This document shows positions 21,358 to 30,830 of a stretch of 64,000 nt of DNA, piece after piece. The notes under the pieces are model-generated. The model was not told the DNA's origin. It was given only the letters and a program-made list of their open reading frames with translations, and did not search any database. The first letter of the stretch is position 1, and every line of letters begins with the position of its first letter. Position numbers and translations under genes: made by a program. The DNA is from a virus. Its lineage: Duplodnaviria; Caudoviricetes. Where the stretch lies: positions 64,001-128,000 of IMG/VR virus record IMGVR_UViG_3300020336_000481; one strand, given 5' to 3'.

Positions 21358-22308
21358 ATGGCACGTAAAGTAACAACAGGAATAGTCGGAGCTCCGATAT
21401 TAGGTAACTTAAATGTTAGAGGAAATCTTATTACCACAATTGGTACTAACGCTAATCTAACAATAAATCCAAACGGAAGTGGTACAACATTGTTTAGTGG
21501 GAATGCATCTGTTCAATCTGCTGGTAGTTTAAAACTAAATGACTCAGATAATTCAAACTTTATAGGACTTAAGGCTCCAGGAACTTTAAGTGGCGACTAT
21601 ACACTTACATGGCCTAATGGTTACGGAAGTGCTAACTCATTTTTGCAAACAGATGGCGCAGGAAACTTGACGTGGGGAACTGCAGCAATATCAATTACAA
21701 ATGACACAACAACAAACGCAAATCGTTATGTAACTTTTGTATCAACTGATAGTGGTAGCTTTACAGGAGTAAATGTAACAAGTAGTAAACTTTTATTTAA
21801 TCCATCAACTGGTGCATTAACAATTACTGGACCAATAACAGGTGGAACAGCTGCAAGTGATCAATTAATTTTAAGAAGTACTACTAGTGGATCAAAAGGA
21901 TATGTATACATTGATGAAACTACAGCAAGTTCGAGTACTACATCAGGCGCATTAAGAGTGGGCGGCGGCGTAGGTATTGGCGGAGCATGTTACGTTGGCG
22001 GAGCCTTATCAGCACAAAGTTTAACAGAAACATCAAGTATAGCACTTAAAGAAAACATTAATCCAATTGAGTCAGCTTTAGAAAAGTTGCAACAACTAAC
22101 AGGTGTAACATACGATAGAAAAAACGGTAGTACAAAAAATGAAGCAGGGTTAATTGCTGAACATGTAAATAACGTTTTACCTAATATTGTTACTAAAGAT
22201 ATGCAGGGAAATCCAGAAGGAATTAATTATACAAAATTAACAGCATATTTAGTTGAAGCAGTTAAGACACTCAAGAAGGAATTAGATGATTTAAAAGGGA
22301 GAAAGTAA
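21358..22308 (+). CDS. Tail fibre protein with C-terminal peptidase S74 intramolecular chaperone
   Basis: TSSIALKENI (Ser-x4-Lys dyad), GLIAEHV, INYTKLTAYLVEAVK and terminal coiled coil. Confidence 0.8.
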   Translation: MARKVTTGIVGAPILGNLNVRGNLITTIGTNANLTINPNGSGTTLFSGNASVQSAGSLKLNDSDNSNFIGLKAPGTLSGDYTLTWPNGYGSANSFLQTDGAGNLTWGTAAISITNDTTTNANRYVTFVSTDSGSFTGVNVTSSKLLFNPSTGALTITGPITGGTAASDQLILRSTTSGSKGYVYIDETTASSSTTSGALRVGGGVGIGGACYVGGALSAQSLTETSSIALKENINPIESALEKLQQLTGVTYDRKNGSTKNEAGLIAEHVNNVLPNIVTKDMQGNPEGINYTKLTAYLVEAVKTLKKELDDLKGRK

Positions 22309-22312
22309 TAAA

Positions 22313-23176
22313 ATGGCAACGCTTAAGAATACAGCCATAAGCGGATCATTAACACTCCCATCAGGCACTACCGCACAAAGACCTGTTAATCCACCAAACG
22401 GCGCATTACGTTTTAATACTACCCTTGGATATGCAGAAATATATTTACATGGATTTTGGGGAGACATAGTTTCAGGAACAGATCTTCCAGTAGGTAGAGA
22501 CTGTGTGTGTTGGTTAGATGCAAATGTACCTGAAAGTAATACAGGATCAGGAACAACTTGGTATGATTTATCAGGTAACAATCATCACGGAACATTAAAC
22601 TCTATTACAAGAACAACAAATGGCAGTTTAAGTACAAATAATCAAAATGTAATGCAGTGCAACGCTAGTAGTAGTAGCTACATTAATGTTGTACATGGCG
22701 GACTAGATTTGCGTACAGTTAATACAGGTTATACAGTTATGCATGTTACACGTTATAGCGGTGGATCTAGAGGAAGAACATGGAATGCAGCTTCAAACAA
22801 TTGGCTCTTAGGCCATTGGAGTTCAGGGGCTACAAATCACTACGCAGAAGGATGGGTGTATGGCTCCTCAGGTGGCGGCCAAGTTGTTAATGACGAAAAT
22901 TGGCGATGTTATGCGGCCACTGGTAAAATAGATAGAGATCATTATTCTTTTTGGATAGACGGACAAAGAGTAGCGTTTGAAGATACAGGCGGATCAAATG
23001 GTCCTAACAGTTTTAGATTTGGCACTTATACTAATTTTGGTGAAGTTTCAAATGCTCAAACTGCATTGTTTATGGCTTGGAACAGAGCACTATCAAGTGA
23101 CGAAGTAAAACAAACACAAAATGCAATTCAAACTAGATTTGGACTTACACACAATCAGGTTTACTCTCAAGGATAA
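22313..23176 (+). CDS. Receptor-binding/fibre protein with LamG/concanavalin-A-like lectin domain
   Basis: WLDA...GSGTTWYDLSGNNHHGTL and WNRALSSDEV...RFG motifs; N-terminal LPSGTTAQRP anchor. Confidence 0.75.
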   Translation: MATLKNTAISGSLTLPSGTTAQRPVNPPNGALRFNTTLGYAEIYLHGFWGDIVSGTDLPVGRDCVCWLDANVPESNTGSGTTWYDLSGNNHHGTLNSITRTTNGSLSTNNQNVMQCNASSSSYINVVHGGLDLRTVNTGYTVMHVTRYSGGSRGRTWNAASNNWLLGHWSSGATNHYAEGWVYGSSGGGQVVNDENWRCYAATGKIDRDHYSFWIDGQRVAFEDTGGSNGPNSFRFGTYTNFGEVSNAQTALFMAWNRALSSDEVKQTQNAIQTRFGLTHNQVYSQG

Positions 23177-23179
23177 ATA
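23172..23179 (+). promoter_or_regulatory. Late promoter GATAAATA
   Basis: Overlaps the stop of the previous gene, upstream of ATG 23203. Confidence 0.6.
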
Positions 23180-23202
23180 TGGTAGTTAGGGAAACAACAT
23201 AA

Positions 23203-25107
23203 ATGGCAAGACTTAATAGCACAACAATTAATGATACAGGTTACCTATCTATCCCTGTAGGAACAGAAGCACAACGAATAGCAACAGTTTCAGGCACTAC
23301 TGTATTTTTTACAAGTGCAGGTAATACTTCTTGGACTGTTCCTGCTAACGTTTACAACGTAGAAGTTTTAGTTGTAGGCGGTGGTGGAGGTGGTGGTTCA
23401 GACATGGGTGGCGGTGGAGGCGGCGGTGGAGTCGTTTATGACGGTACCTATGGCGTTACTCCTGGAGCCTCAATAAGTATTACAGTTGCTAGTGGCGGAT
23501 CAGGTGGTCCAGCAGGAGCTAACCAATCACGTGGTAGTAACGGTGGAAACTCAGTTTTTGGAAATATCACAGCATATGGCGGTGGTGGAGGTGCTAGTAG
23601 ACATTCATCAAACGGAGCACCGGCAAGTGACGGCGCAAGTGGTGGAGGCGGATCAGGCGGTAGAGGTAGCGGTACAACAAGTTACGGCGGTACTCCAGGT
23701 AAAGCAATTTATGACCAAGGTTATGAAGGTTCTCCATCAGGAACTACTTGGTATCCAGGCGGTGGCGGCGGTGCCGGCGGCGTAGGAAGACATTCACCAG
23801 GTGATGGCGGTCAAGGTGTTGTAAATAATATTACAGGATCAGACATATTCTGGGGTGGCGGTGGAGGCGGCTCTGGATATAGTGCTAGAGGCGGCAACGG
23901 CGGTATTGGTGGAGGCGGCGGTGGCGCCGTTCTCACTACATATGGTGGTATTGGTTACAATAATGGAGCCGGAGGTGGTGGCGGTGGTATAAACACTTGG
24001 GCACAAACTCCAGGCGGTGCCGGAGGTGCAAACACTGGTGGCGGTGGAGGTGGTGGAGCACACTACAACTCCAACAACGCTGGTGGTACTGGCGGATCAG
24101 GTATTGTTGTTGTAAAATATAACACAACTTCACAAGATGCTAATCCAGTTACTGGCGGAATACGTATTAATAGCGATAATCAAGAAGTTGAAGTTCTTTC
24201 AGGTACAGGAGATTGGCAAACACTTACAACTCCTTATAAAGCAAGACAAGTTATTACAACATCTTATATGATGGGCGGATATAAAAGTTCAGCTGCATGG
24301 AACAATGTTAATAGGACATCTCATGCAACAGACACTACACAAAATTTAGGTGACGGATCTTTAGAACGTTCATTTAATTATCAATCTGGTGCAACTGGCA
24401 AAGATATTGGTTACGTATTTGGAGCAGGTAATGGTCATGCTATACCTAGTAACTATATTATAGGTTATAACATGCGTACAGAATCTCAATATACAGGTAT
24501 GCAATCAAGAACATTATCAGGTAATAGTTATAATTCAGGAACTATACAAAAAGAATTTTATATGGCTTGGCACTCCGGCGGACAAAGTAGTAATACTGTA
24601 CACAAATATAATTTAATGAATGAAGTTATGGTTACTGAAACTGCTGGATTTTACACAGGCAACACATGGGGAATGTATTGGGAAAATGAAGGATCACTAT
24701 ATTGGGAAAATGATTCACGTTTAATGAATTTTTCAACAGGTGCATGGACATCATGGAGCGGTACACAACCTAGTAATCATCACCAACAAAAATCTTTAAT
24801 GGGGAAATTAAACTTTTGTTGGGCAGGTAATCAAGGTTCTTATAACGGTGGTAATAGCTTCCGTAGAACAAGTTTTGTTACAAGGCAAACTTCTGGTACA
24901 TATAGCAAGCCTCGAGCAAACTGTGGAGAAGAAAATTTTGCATGTGGTCAAGATTGGGGTTACATGATAGGTAATTATGATGGTGCTCAAAACAATGGAT
25001 CATTTAAATGGTATTACTATACGGAAACAGGTGTTAACGGAGGCACAACTATGGAGCCAAAAGGTAAGGCAGGAGCAAGTTCAGGCTTCTGTACATGGAG
25101 AGATTAA
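23203..25107 (+). CDS. Glycine-rich tail fibre/receptor-binding protein with C-terminal propeller-like domain
   Basis: VLVVGGGGGGG...GGSGIVVVKY glycine-rich domain; C-terminal domain paralogous to 25108..26133; ends WRD. Confidence 0.75.
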   Translation: MARLNSTTINDTGYLSIPVGTEAQRIATVSGTTVFFTSAGNTSWTVPANVYNVEVLVVGGGGGGGSDMGGGGGGGGVVYDGTYGVTPGASISITVASGGSGGPAGANQSRGSNGGNSVFGNITAYGGGGGASRHSSNGAPASDGASGGGGSGGRGSGTTSYGGTPGKAIYDQGYEGSPSGTTWYPGGGGGAGGVGRHSPGDGGQGVVNNITGSDIFWGGGGGGSGYSARGGNGGIGGGGGGAVLTTYGGIGYNNGAGGGGGGINTWAQTPGGAGGANTGGGGGGGAHYNSNNAGGTGGSGIVVVKYNTTSQDANPVTGGIRINSDNQEVEVLSGTGDWQTLTTPYKARQVITTSYMMGGYKSSAAWNNVNRTSHATDTTQNLGDGSLERSFNYQSGATGKDIGYVFGAGNGHAIPSNYIIGYNMRTESQYTGMQSRTLSGNSYNSGTIQKEFYMAWHSGGQSSNTVHKYNLMNEVMVTETAGFYTGNTWGMYWENEGSLYWENDSRLMNFSTGAWTSWSGTQPSNHHQQKSLMGKLNFCWAGNQGSYNGGNSFRRTSFVTRQTSGTYSKPRANCGEENFACGQDWGYMIGNYDGAQNNGSFKWYYYTETGVNGGTTMEPKGKAGASSGFCTWRD

Positions 25108-26133
25108 ATGGCTAATTTAAAAAATACCAATATTAATGATACAGGACATTTAAATTTACCAGCTGGCAATGTTACAGGTAACGGCGTAATTAGATATAGT
25201 GCAACAGAAGGTAAGTTACAAGTTTTTAATACTCAAACTGCAGGCGGAACTTGGGGTGATGCAACTCAACCATATTTAACAAGACAAATTATTACCACAG
25301 GTTATATTCACGGAGGGTATGCTTCGTCAGTTGTTTGGTCAAGAACAAACAAAAGTGAATTTGCTACAGACACAACAATAGATTTAGGTAATACACAGGA
25401 AGGTGCTCATAACTATAAAGCAAGTATGTGGGATAACACTACAAACTATACGTTTGGAGGACTTGCTAACGCTCACTGTGCTTCTAACAACACAGTAACA
25501 GCATATAATATGCGAACTGAAATAAGTTATACATCTGGATACACTAGATCAATGCCTTGGAGTACTAACAATCCTGCATGTTTCCAACATGAACACTATA
25601 GAGGATGGTTTACAGGCGGAGGAAGTGCTGCAACATATGAAATGGATTTTTCTACAGCAACATTATCTAATTTAGGTGTAAATTCAGGTACAAGTGGAGG
25701 TAGTTGGGGTATATCACACGAAAAATATAGCATCTATATGCCTGCTAACCAAGGGTTTATGCATTCAACAAAAAATTATTATTCAAGATCAGGTAGCAAT
25801 CCACAAGGTGATAAACATCAACACTGCGGACAATTTAAACACGCTTACCACATTGGAGGCCGCGAAAGTAATCCAAGTACTAACTGGCGTGAAACCAATA
25901 TGCTTACTGATGTAACAGCAGATACTATTGGAGCAAAACCAGCATACAGCGGTGAAGAAAATTCAATAGTTGGACAAGATTGGTTTTACGGAGTTGGATG
26001 GTATCAAGGATCACACGTTAATACTGCTTTCAAATTTGTATATGCTACTAGACAATCAACTAGTGGATATTCAAGTTTAGCTGCTAAAGGAGTAAACGGG
26101 CAAAGTTCAGCAACGATGTCTTGGAGAGACTAG
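25108..26133 (+). CDS. Receptor-binding-like protein, paralog of the C-terminal half of 23203..25107
   Basis: Shares INDTG.L.LP.G N-terminus, PY..RQ.ITT.Y..GGY, GEEN...GQDW and terminal WRD. Confidence 0.7.
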   Translation: MANLKNTNINDTGHLNLPAGNVTGNGVIRYSATEGKLQVFNTQTAGGTWGDATQPYLTRQIITTGYIHGGYASSVVWSRTNKSEFATDTTIDLGNTQEGAHNYKASMWDNTTNYTFGGLANAHCASNNTVTAYNMRTEISYTSGYTRSMPWSTNNPACFQHEHYRGWFTGGGSAATYEMDFSTATLSNLGVNSGTSGGSWGISHEKYSIYMPANQGFMHSTKNYYSRSGSNPQGDKHQHCGQFKHAYHIGGRESNPSTNWRETNMLTDVTADTIGAKPAYSGEENSIVGQDWFYGVGWYQGSHVNTAFKFVYATRQSTSGYSSLAAKGVNGQSSATMSWRD

Positions 26134-26137
26134 GTAT

Positions 26138-26145
26138 GGTAAATA
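26138..26145 (+). promoter_or_regulatory. Late promoter variant GGTAAATA
   Basis: TAAATA core upstream of SD AGGAG and ATG 26177. Confidence 0.55.
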
Positions 26146-26176
26146 TTTGCACGTTAAAAACTATAGGAGTTAACAC

Positions 26177-27052
26177 ATGACCAATGACAGACTAGTACAA
26201 TATCATTCAGAAAAATTCAACAGTCAAATAAATTCTGATGTAAGTATGCTAAATGACCAAGATAAAGATGTTGTTAGCAGATCAATTAATAAAGAATGGA
26301 CAAATCCTAAATTTAAATTAAAATGGTTTGTAGGTAATGCACAAATTACTCCGTATGCAAAATTTAGACAGTGGTTATTAGAAATTAAATCTAAAGAAGA
26401 GTCAATTGAAAATATGGAATATGAGATTGCTAAACATAATGTTGAAATTGAAAGATTTAAACGTATTGAAGAAGAGTCGCATGATGAATTAGATAAAAAG
26501 ATGGCTGGCATTGAAAAATGGAACAGTGAAAGACTTTTTTATACATCTAGAAGAAGATTACAAGATTGGTACTTAGAGCGTCAACAACTAATTGATCTTA
26601 TCAACGAATTTATGGAGTCAGAAGAAGGTACAGTTCCAGACGGTTCAGGCAGAACTTGGTGGGATATAATTGACACCGAAGAAGAAGATATATGGGAAAA
26701 AGAATATTGGACAAATAGGCTAGGAAAACAAGCAGCAACTGATATGATTTTTTACGGTAGAATTAACAGTGGTAACATGGATGCTATTTTACAATTACCA
26801 CCAGAACAACAAGCAGAAACATTATCACTAGCAGTTAACTTTAGTACTAAGTTACAAAGTTATCAAAATACGTTAGAAAATAAAGCACAAGAAGCAATGA
26901 AGATCGGCATAAATACAGATGATAAAGAATTATTATCACCAAAAGAAATGGCAGAGCAAATCGCATCACAGCCTGACAGAAAAACTGCTCAAAAAGAACT
27001 TGGTAATGATAAAAAACAAGGAGATTTATTAGATGAAGTATATGATATATGA
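26177..27052 (+). CDS. Hypothetical coiled-coil protein
   Basis: 291 aa, charged helical sequence; SD AGGAG. Confidence 0.75.
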   Translation: MTNDRLVQYHSEKFNSQINSDVSMLNDQDKDVVSRSINKEWTNPKFKLKWFVGNAQITPYAKFRQWLLEIKSKEESIENMEYEIAKHNVEIERFKRIEEESHDELDKKMAGIEKWNSERLFYTSRRRLQDWYLERQQLIDLINEFMESEEGTVPDGSGRTWWDIIDTEEEDIWEKEYWTNRLGKQAATDMIFYGRINSGNMDAILQLPPEQQAETLSLAVNFSTKLQSYQNTLENKAQEAMKIGINTDDKELLSPKEMAEQIASQPDRKTAQKELGNDKKQGDLLDEVYDI

Positions 27053-27578
27053 GACCATTGGTAGCGATGACGTTAGAAATGATCCATCAAAAATTAAAAT
27101 CATAGATTATTTCTGGCTTTACACCATCTCCGAAGTATCTGATGATTTCCCACATGAATGGTTAAAAGGTGAAGAAATAACTAGGCAAGTTGCTCATTCT
27201 TACTATTTTCCTGGAGCAGTAGAGAACGAAATTAGTATTATGCGTAGTACTACTAACCCAGAAGACATGATGGAACCTACAAGTTTAGGTGATAATGACT
27301 ACGAAAAAGTAAATTATGCACTTACTGTAGACGATAGATTAAATGCTGTTAATCTTATGAAAGCAACAATGCGTTTACATGCAACACATTACTGTAAAAA
27401 TGAAGCAGAACGTAATAGATTAATTGCAGCTCTAAATACATTATCACAGTTATCTGAAACACAGATGTTTATGGCAACATATTTTGATTGGGACTGTGCA
27501 TATACGTACAATAAGACTAAAACTAAAGAATTTGATTTTAGTGTTACTGAGCCCTGGGCAGCTACTCCAATAGAATAA
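27033..27578 (+). CDS. Hypothetical protein
   Basis: 181 aa, overlaps the upstream gene, SD AGGAG. Confidence 0.7.
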   Translation: MKYMIYETIGSDDVRNDPSKIKIIDYFWLYTISEVSDDFPHEWLKGEEITRQVAHSYYFPGAVENEISIMRSTTNPEDMMEPTSLGDNDYEKVNYALTVDDRLNAVNLMKATMRLHATHYCKNEAERNRLIAALNTLSQLSETQMFMATYFDWDCAYTYNKTKTKEFDFSVTEPWAATPIE

Positions 27579-27585
27579 AAATCAC

Positions 27586-27614
27586 TTGCATTGATATATT
27601 ACCTGTGCTATAAT
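27586..27614 (+). promoter_or_regulatory. Sigma70-type promoter TTGCAT-N17-TATAAT with extended -10 TG
   Basis: Direct reading; precedes SD GGAG and TTG start 27637; an AATAAGTA late-like motif overlaps the -10. Confidence 0.65.
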
Positions 27615-27636
27615 AAGTATAGTATAGGAGATACAT

Positions 27637-29310
27637 TTGCCAAAAAATATTTTTAGTGTTCCGTTAAATCCAAAATTAACGCCTGAGCAATTTATTACAT
27701 TTTATAACTTTTTATTAGAACATAAAGAGTATATTAGAGATGTATATTTTACCTGCAGGATTGCGCCTTTTATGAAAGATGCAATGGGTGATATTTTTGT
27801 TAATGATGATGATTACGATCATGCTATTGAACAAGCATTAGTAATTCAAAACAATCTTGGTATTCCGATAAGTGCAACATTTAATAATATACAGGTCCCT
27901 CCTAGCCAAAAAAACTTAGATATTTTTATTAAGAATTTTAAACCTCTTTATGATAGAGGTATTAAGGTTGCTACAATTCCACACACGCATTGGATGGCAA
28001 CTGGTCAAATTAAACGTGCTTTTCCAGAACTATATGTAAAAAATACAATTCTTAGAGATGTTAGAGTTGCTGCAGAAATTGTAAATTTAGCAAAATACGG
28101 ATTTGATTACATTAACTTAGACAGAGACTTAATGCGTGACAGGGATACATTGTTAAGGTTAGTTGAAGCTAAAAAATGGATTAAAGACAATTTAAATAAA
28201 GAAGTACATTATAGCTTACTAGCCAATGAAGGATGCAAGGGCAACTGTCCTATGATGGTTGAACACTTTGAATATAATAATACAAGAGAAGGCAATAGTC
28301 CTCAATATTTTAATGAACCTATTAGTAGGGTAAGTTGTCCTAAGTGGGATGTAGACGATCCTAGTGTACACTTAAAAACAGCAAATATTCCGCCTTGGAG
28401 AGAAGATTGGCAAGAGCTGTTAGATGACTTAGGAGTTGATGTATTTAAAATGCATGGTCGAGAAGCTGTTAGTAGATTATTTGAAACATTAGATATTATT
28501 AAGCGTTGGGCAAATAACGAAGATATATTATTTGATAATTTTGAAGAATACTTAAATGATAATAATTTAAAAGATAAACCTATTAATGCTTGGCGTAAAA
28601 AAATTAAAAACTGTAAGTTTGATTGTTGGGAATGTCATTTTTGTGATGACATTTATAAAATTAAATCAAAGAATGATCATACAGACTTAGTTAAGCATGT
28701 AGCACAAGCTATACTTGATAGCGGAGTTCCTAGTGTAAATATTAAAATACCAGGCTTGACATCTAGAAGAGTACAGACATTATTAAATTTAATTGCTAAA
28801 AAAAGTAATCTGTATATGGAACTTGGAAGTGGACTAGGTGCAACTTTGTGTAGTGTTCTTTACAAAAATAATATAAATGCTATTGCTATTGACAACTGGG
28901 AACAAAATATACAACCTGCTAGGAAAGACTTACCTAATTTACCAGATAATCAATTTGATATGTTTTATAAAAATGTTCAAGATAGTAAAGGTCCTAATGA
29001 TGTACAAATAATAAATGAAGATTTATTTTATGTTGATCCTTCTAAGTATAGTAATGTAGACTTCTGGTTTTATGACGGACCACATGATCAAGAAAGCACT
29101 GCAAAAGCTATTATAAGATATGCACCATGTTTAGCAGATCAATCTGTATTAATATTTGACGATGCTAATTGGCAAGGAGTAGTTGACGGTGCTAGAGAAG
29201 GTGTTAATCAAGCAGGTTTAGTGGTTAATTATGAAAAAATTGTGTTAGGAGACGAAGAAGACCCTAACGGATGGTGGAACGGTTTGTATATAATGGTGGT
29301 AGAAAAATGA
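27637..29310 (+). CDS. Peptidase-U32-family (putative Fe-S hydroxylase) domain fused to a class I SAM methyltransferase (Methyltransf_24-like)
   Basis: LLANEGCKGNCP...H...SC, DVFKMHGRE (U32 xxKIEGR-like), CKFDCWECHFC; C-terminal MELGSGLG, FYDGPH, LIFDDANW. Confidence 0.7.
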   Translation: MPKNIFSVPLNPKLTPEQFITFYNFLLEHKEYIRDVYFTCRIAPFMKDAMGDIFVNDDDYDHAIEQALVIQNNLGIPISATFNNIQVPPSQKNLDIFIKNFKPLYDRGIKVATIPHTHWMATGQIKRAFPELYVKNTILRDVRVAAEIVNLAKYGFDYINLDRDLMRDRDTLLRLVEAKKWIKDNLNKEVHYSLLANEGCKGNCPMMVEHFEYNNTREGNSPQYFNEPISRVSCPKWDVDDPSVHLKTANIPPWREDWQELLDDLGVDVFKMHGREAVSRLFETLDIIKRWANNEDILFDNFEEYLNDNNLKDKPINAWRKKIKNCKFDCWECHFCDDIYKIKSKNDHTDLVKHVAQAILDSGVPSVNIKIPGLTSRRVQTLLNLIAKKSNLYMELGSGLGATLCSVLYKNNINAIAIDNWEQNIQPARKDLPNLPDNQFDMFYKNVQDSKGPNDVQIINEDLFYVDPSKYSNVDFWFYDGPHDQESTAKAIIRYAPCLADQSVLIFDDANWQGVVDGAREGVNQAGLVVNYEKIVLGDEEDPNGWWNGLYIMVVEK

Positions 29311-30830
29311 ATAAACAAATAAAAGAATTAATTATTTTTGGTGGCGGAACCAGTGGTTGGTTGACAGCGTCATACTTGGTAAAAAATTTACAGTCTCCTT
29401 GTAAAATTACACTTATAGAAGACGTGTCAGCAGGACCTATTGGTGTAGGAGAAGGCACACAGCCTCTTACTGCAAAGTTTTTATTTGAATGTGGCATTGA
29501 TCCTAAAAGGTGGATGAAGCCAAGTAATGCAGCATTCAAATACGGAGTTGAGCTAACGGGCTGGAACGATATACCTTATTTTGTAGACAATGATACTCCT
29601 ACTAACTATATGGCTTCACAAATTGATTTTATTAATAGATATTTTCATAACCAACCTTACGAAGAATATGCAAAATGGCATCCTGCATATAGATTAGCTA
29701 AGAAAAATGTAAGTCCTAAATTAGAAACAAACTTAGATGTTAGTTTTGGAATAGGACCAGAGGGGTTTGGTGCTGTACATTTTAGTGCATATGATATTAT
29801 AGATACTCTTAAAAAAATAGTAGGTCCAAAAATTATTCATGTAGATGCTAAAATAGTACAAGCAAAAACTAACTCCGAAGGCATAAGTGATCTTATAGAC
29901 GATAAGGGTAACACATATACTGCAGATTTATTTTTAGATTGTAGTGGATTTAAAAGTGCATTGTTAGGCAAAGGAGTAAAAAGCGAATTTGTATCATATA
30001 AAGAACAAGGTTGGTTATTAAATGATAGTGCAGTAGCAATGCCAACACAATATACTAATCCTCAAGAAGAGTGCCATCCGTATACAAAAGCTACTACAAT
30101 GACAAGTGGTTGGCGTTGGACTATCCCAACATATAAAAGAATTGGAAACGGATACGTTTATAGTAGTGATTTCTTAAGTGAAGAAGAAGCTGAAAAAGAA
30201 TTAAGAGAATCAGTAAATGATTTTGAAACCCCTGTAAAACATTTAAAAATGAGATGTGGATCGCATAAAGAAGTTGCAAAGAAAAATGTAGTGGGCATTG
30301 GATTAGCGGCTGGATTTATTGAACCACTAGAAGCAACCGGCATAACATTTACAACATCTTTAGCTAAAAGTGTTACAGACTTATTAAATCTAAATGGAAT
30401 GAATTGGGACGATAAAGTACGTGATTTTATTAATCAAGGCTTTTACGAAATGTCAACAGAAATACTTGCATTTGTATGGAGTCATTATCACTTTAGCAAA
30501 AAAGATGATACTCCTTATTGGAAAGCAATAAGAGAACAAAAACTTACAGATTTGCCTTCCGACGCTCAACATATTATTTCACAGTATTGGCCAAAGCCTA
30601 AACCGTTTTTATTCTTTAGTCAGCAATCTATGTTTACTAGTATTCAATGGTGGTCAATGATTCATGCAGGAGGAGGTTATAATACTTCTATTAGTTTAAG
30701 TGAAAAAGAAAAAGATTATTTTGAGTATTTTATAAAAAATACTAACAACAGAATAGAAATGGCTGAGGAGTTATTTCCCAATCATTATGAATTTTTAAAG
30801 GAGTGGTATGACGAATGGAAAATAAGTTAG
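29307..30830 (+). CDS. Flavin-dependent (tryptophan-halogenase family) halogenase
   Basis: GGGTSGW FAD motif, GVGEGT, catalytic-Lys region AFKYG, GWRWTIP (WxWxIP), GFIEPLEATG; ATGA overlap with the upstream gene places the start at 29307. Confidence 0.9.
   Translation: MNKQIKELIIFGGGTSGWLTASYLVKNLQSPCKITLIEDVSAGPIGVGEGTQPLTAKFLFECGIDPKRWMKPSNAAFKYGVELTGWNDIPYFVDNDTPTNYMASQIDFINRYFHNQPYEEYAKWHPAYRLAKKNVSPKLETNLDVSFGIGPEGFGAVHFSAYDIIDTLKKIVGPKIIHVDAKIVQAKTNSEGISDLIDDKGNTYTADLFLDCSGFKSALLGKGVKSEFVSYKEQGWLLNDSAVAMPTQYTNPQEECHPYTKATTMTSGWRWTIPTYKRIGNGYVYSSDFLSEEEAEKELRESVNDFETPVKHLKMRCGSHKEVAKKNVVGIGLAAGFIEPLEATGITFTTSLAKSVTDLLNLNGMNWDDKVRDFINQGFYEMSTEILAFVWSHYHFSKKDDTPYWKAIREQKLTDLPSDAQHIISQYWPKPKPFLFFSQQSMFTSIQWWSMIHAGGGYNTSISLSEKEKDYFEYFIKNTNNRIEMAEELFPNHYEFLKEWYDEWKIS

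Noticed and set aside
23376-24105. GC-rich GGN runs as a foreign island, collagen or repeat array
   Set aside because: Explained by poly-glycine coding; no G-X-Y periodicity
23203-26133. Possible diversity-generating retroelement target/template pair
   Set aside because: No reverse transcriptase in the window, and the paralogs differ at all base types rather than only at adenines
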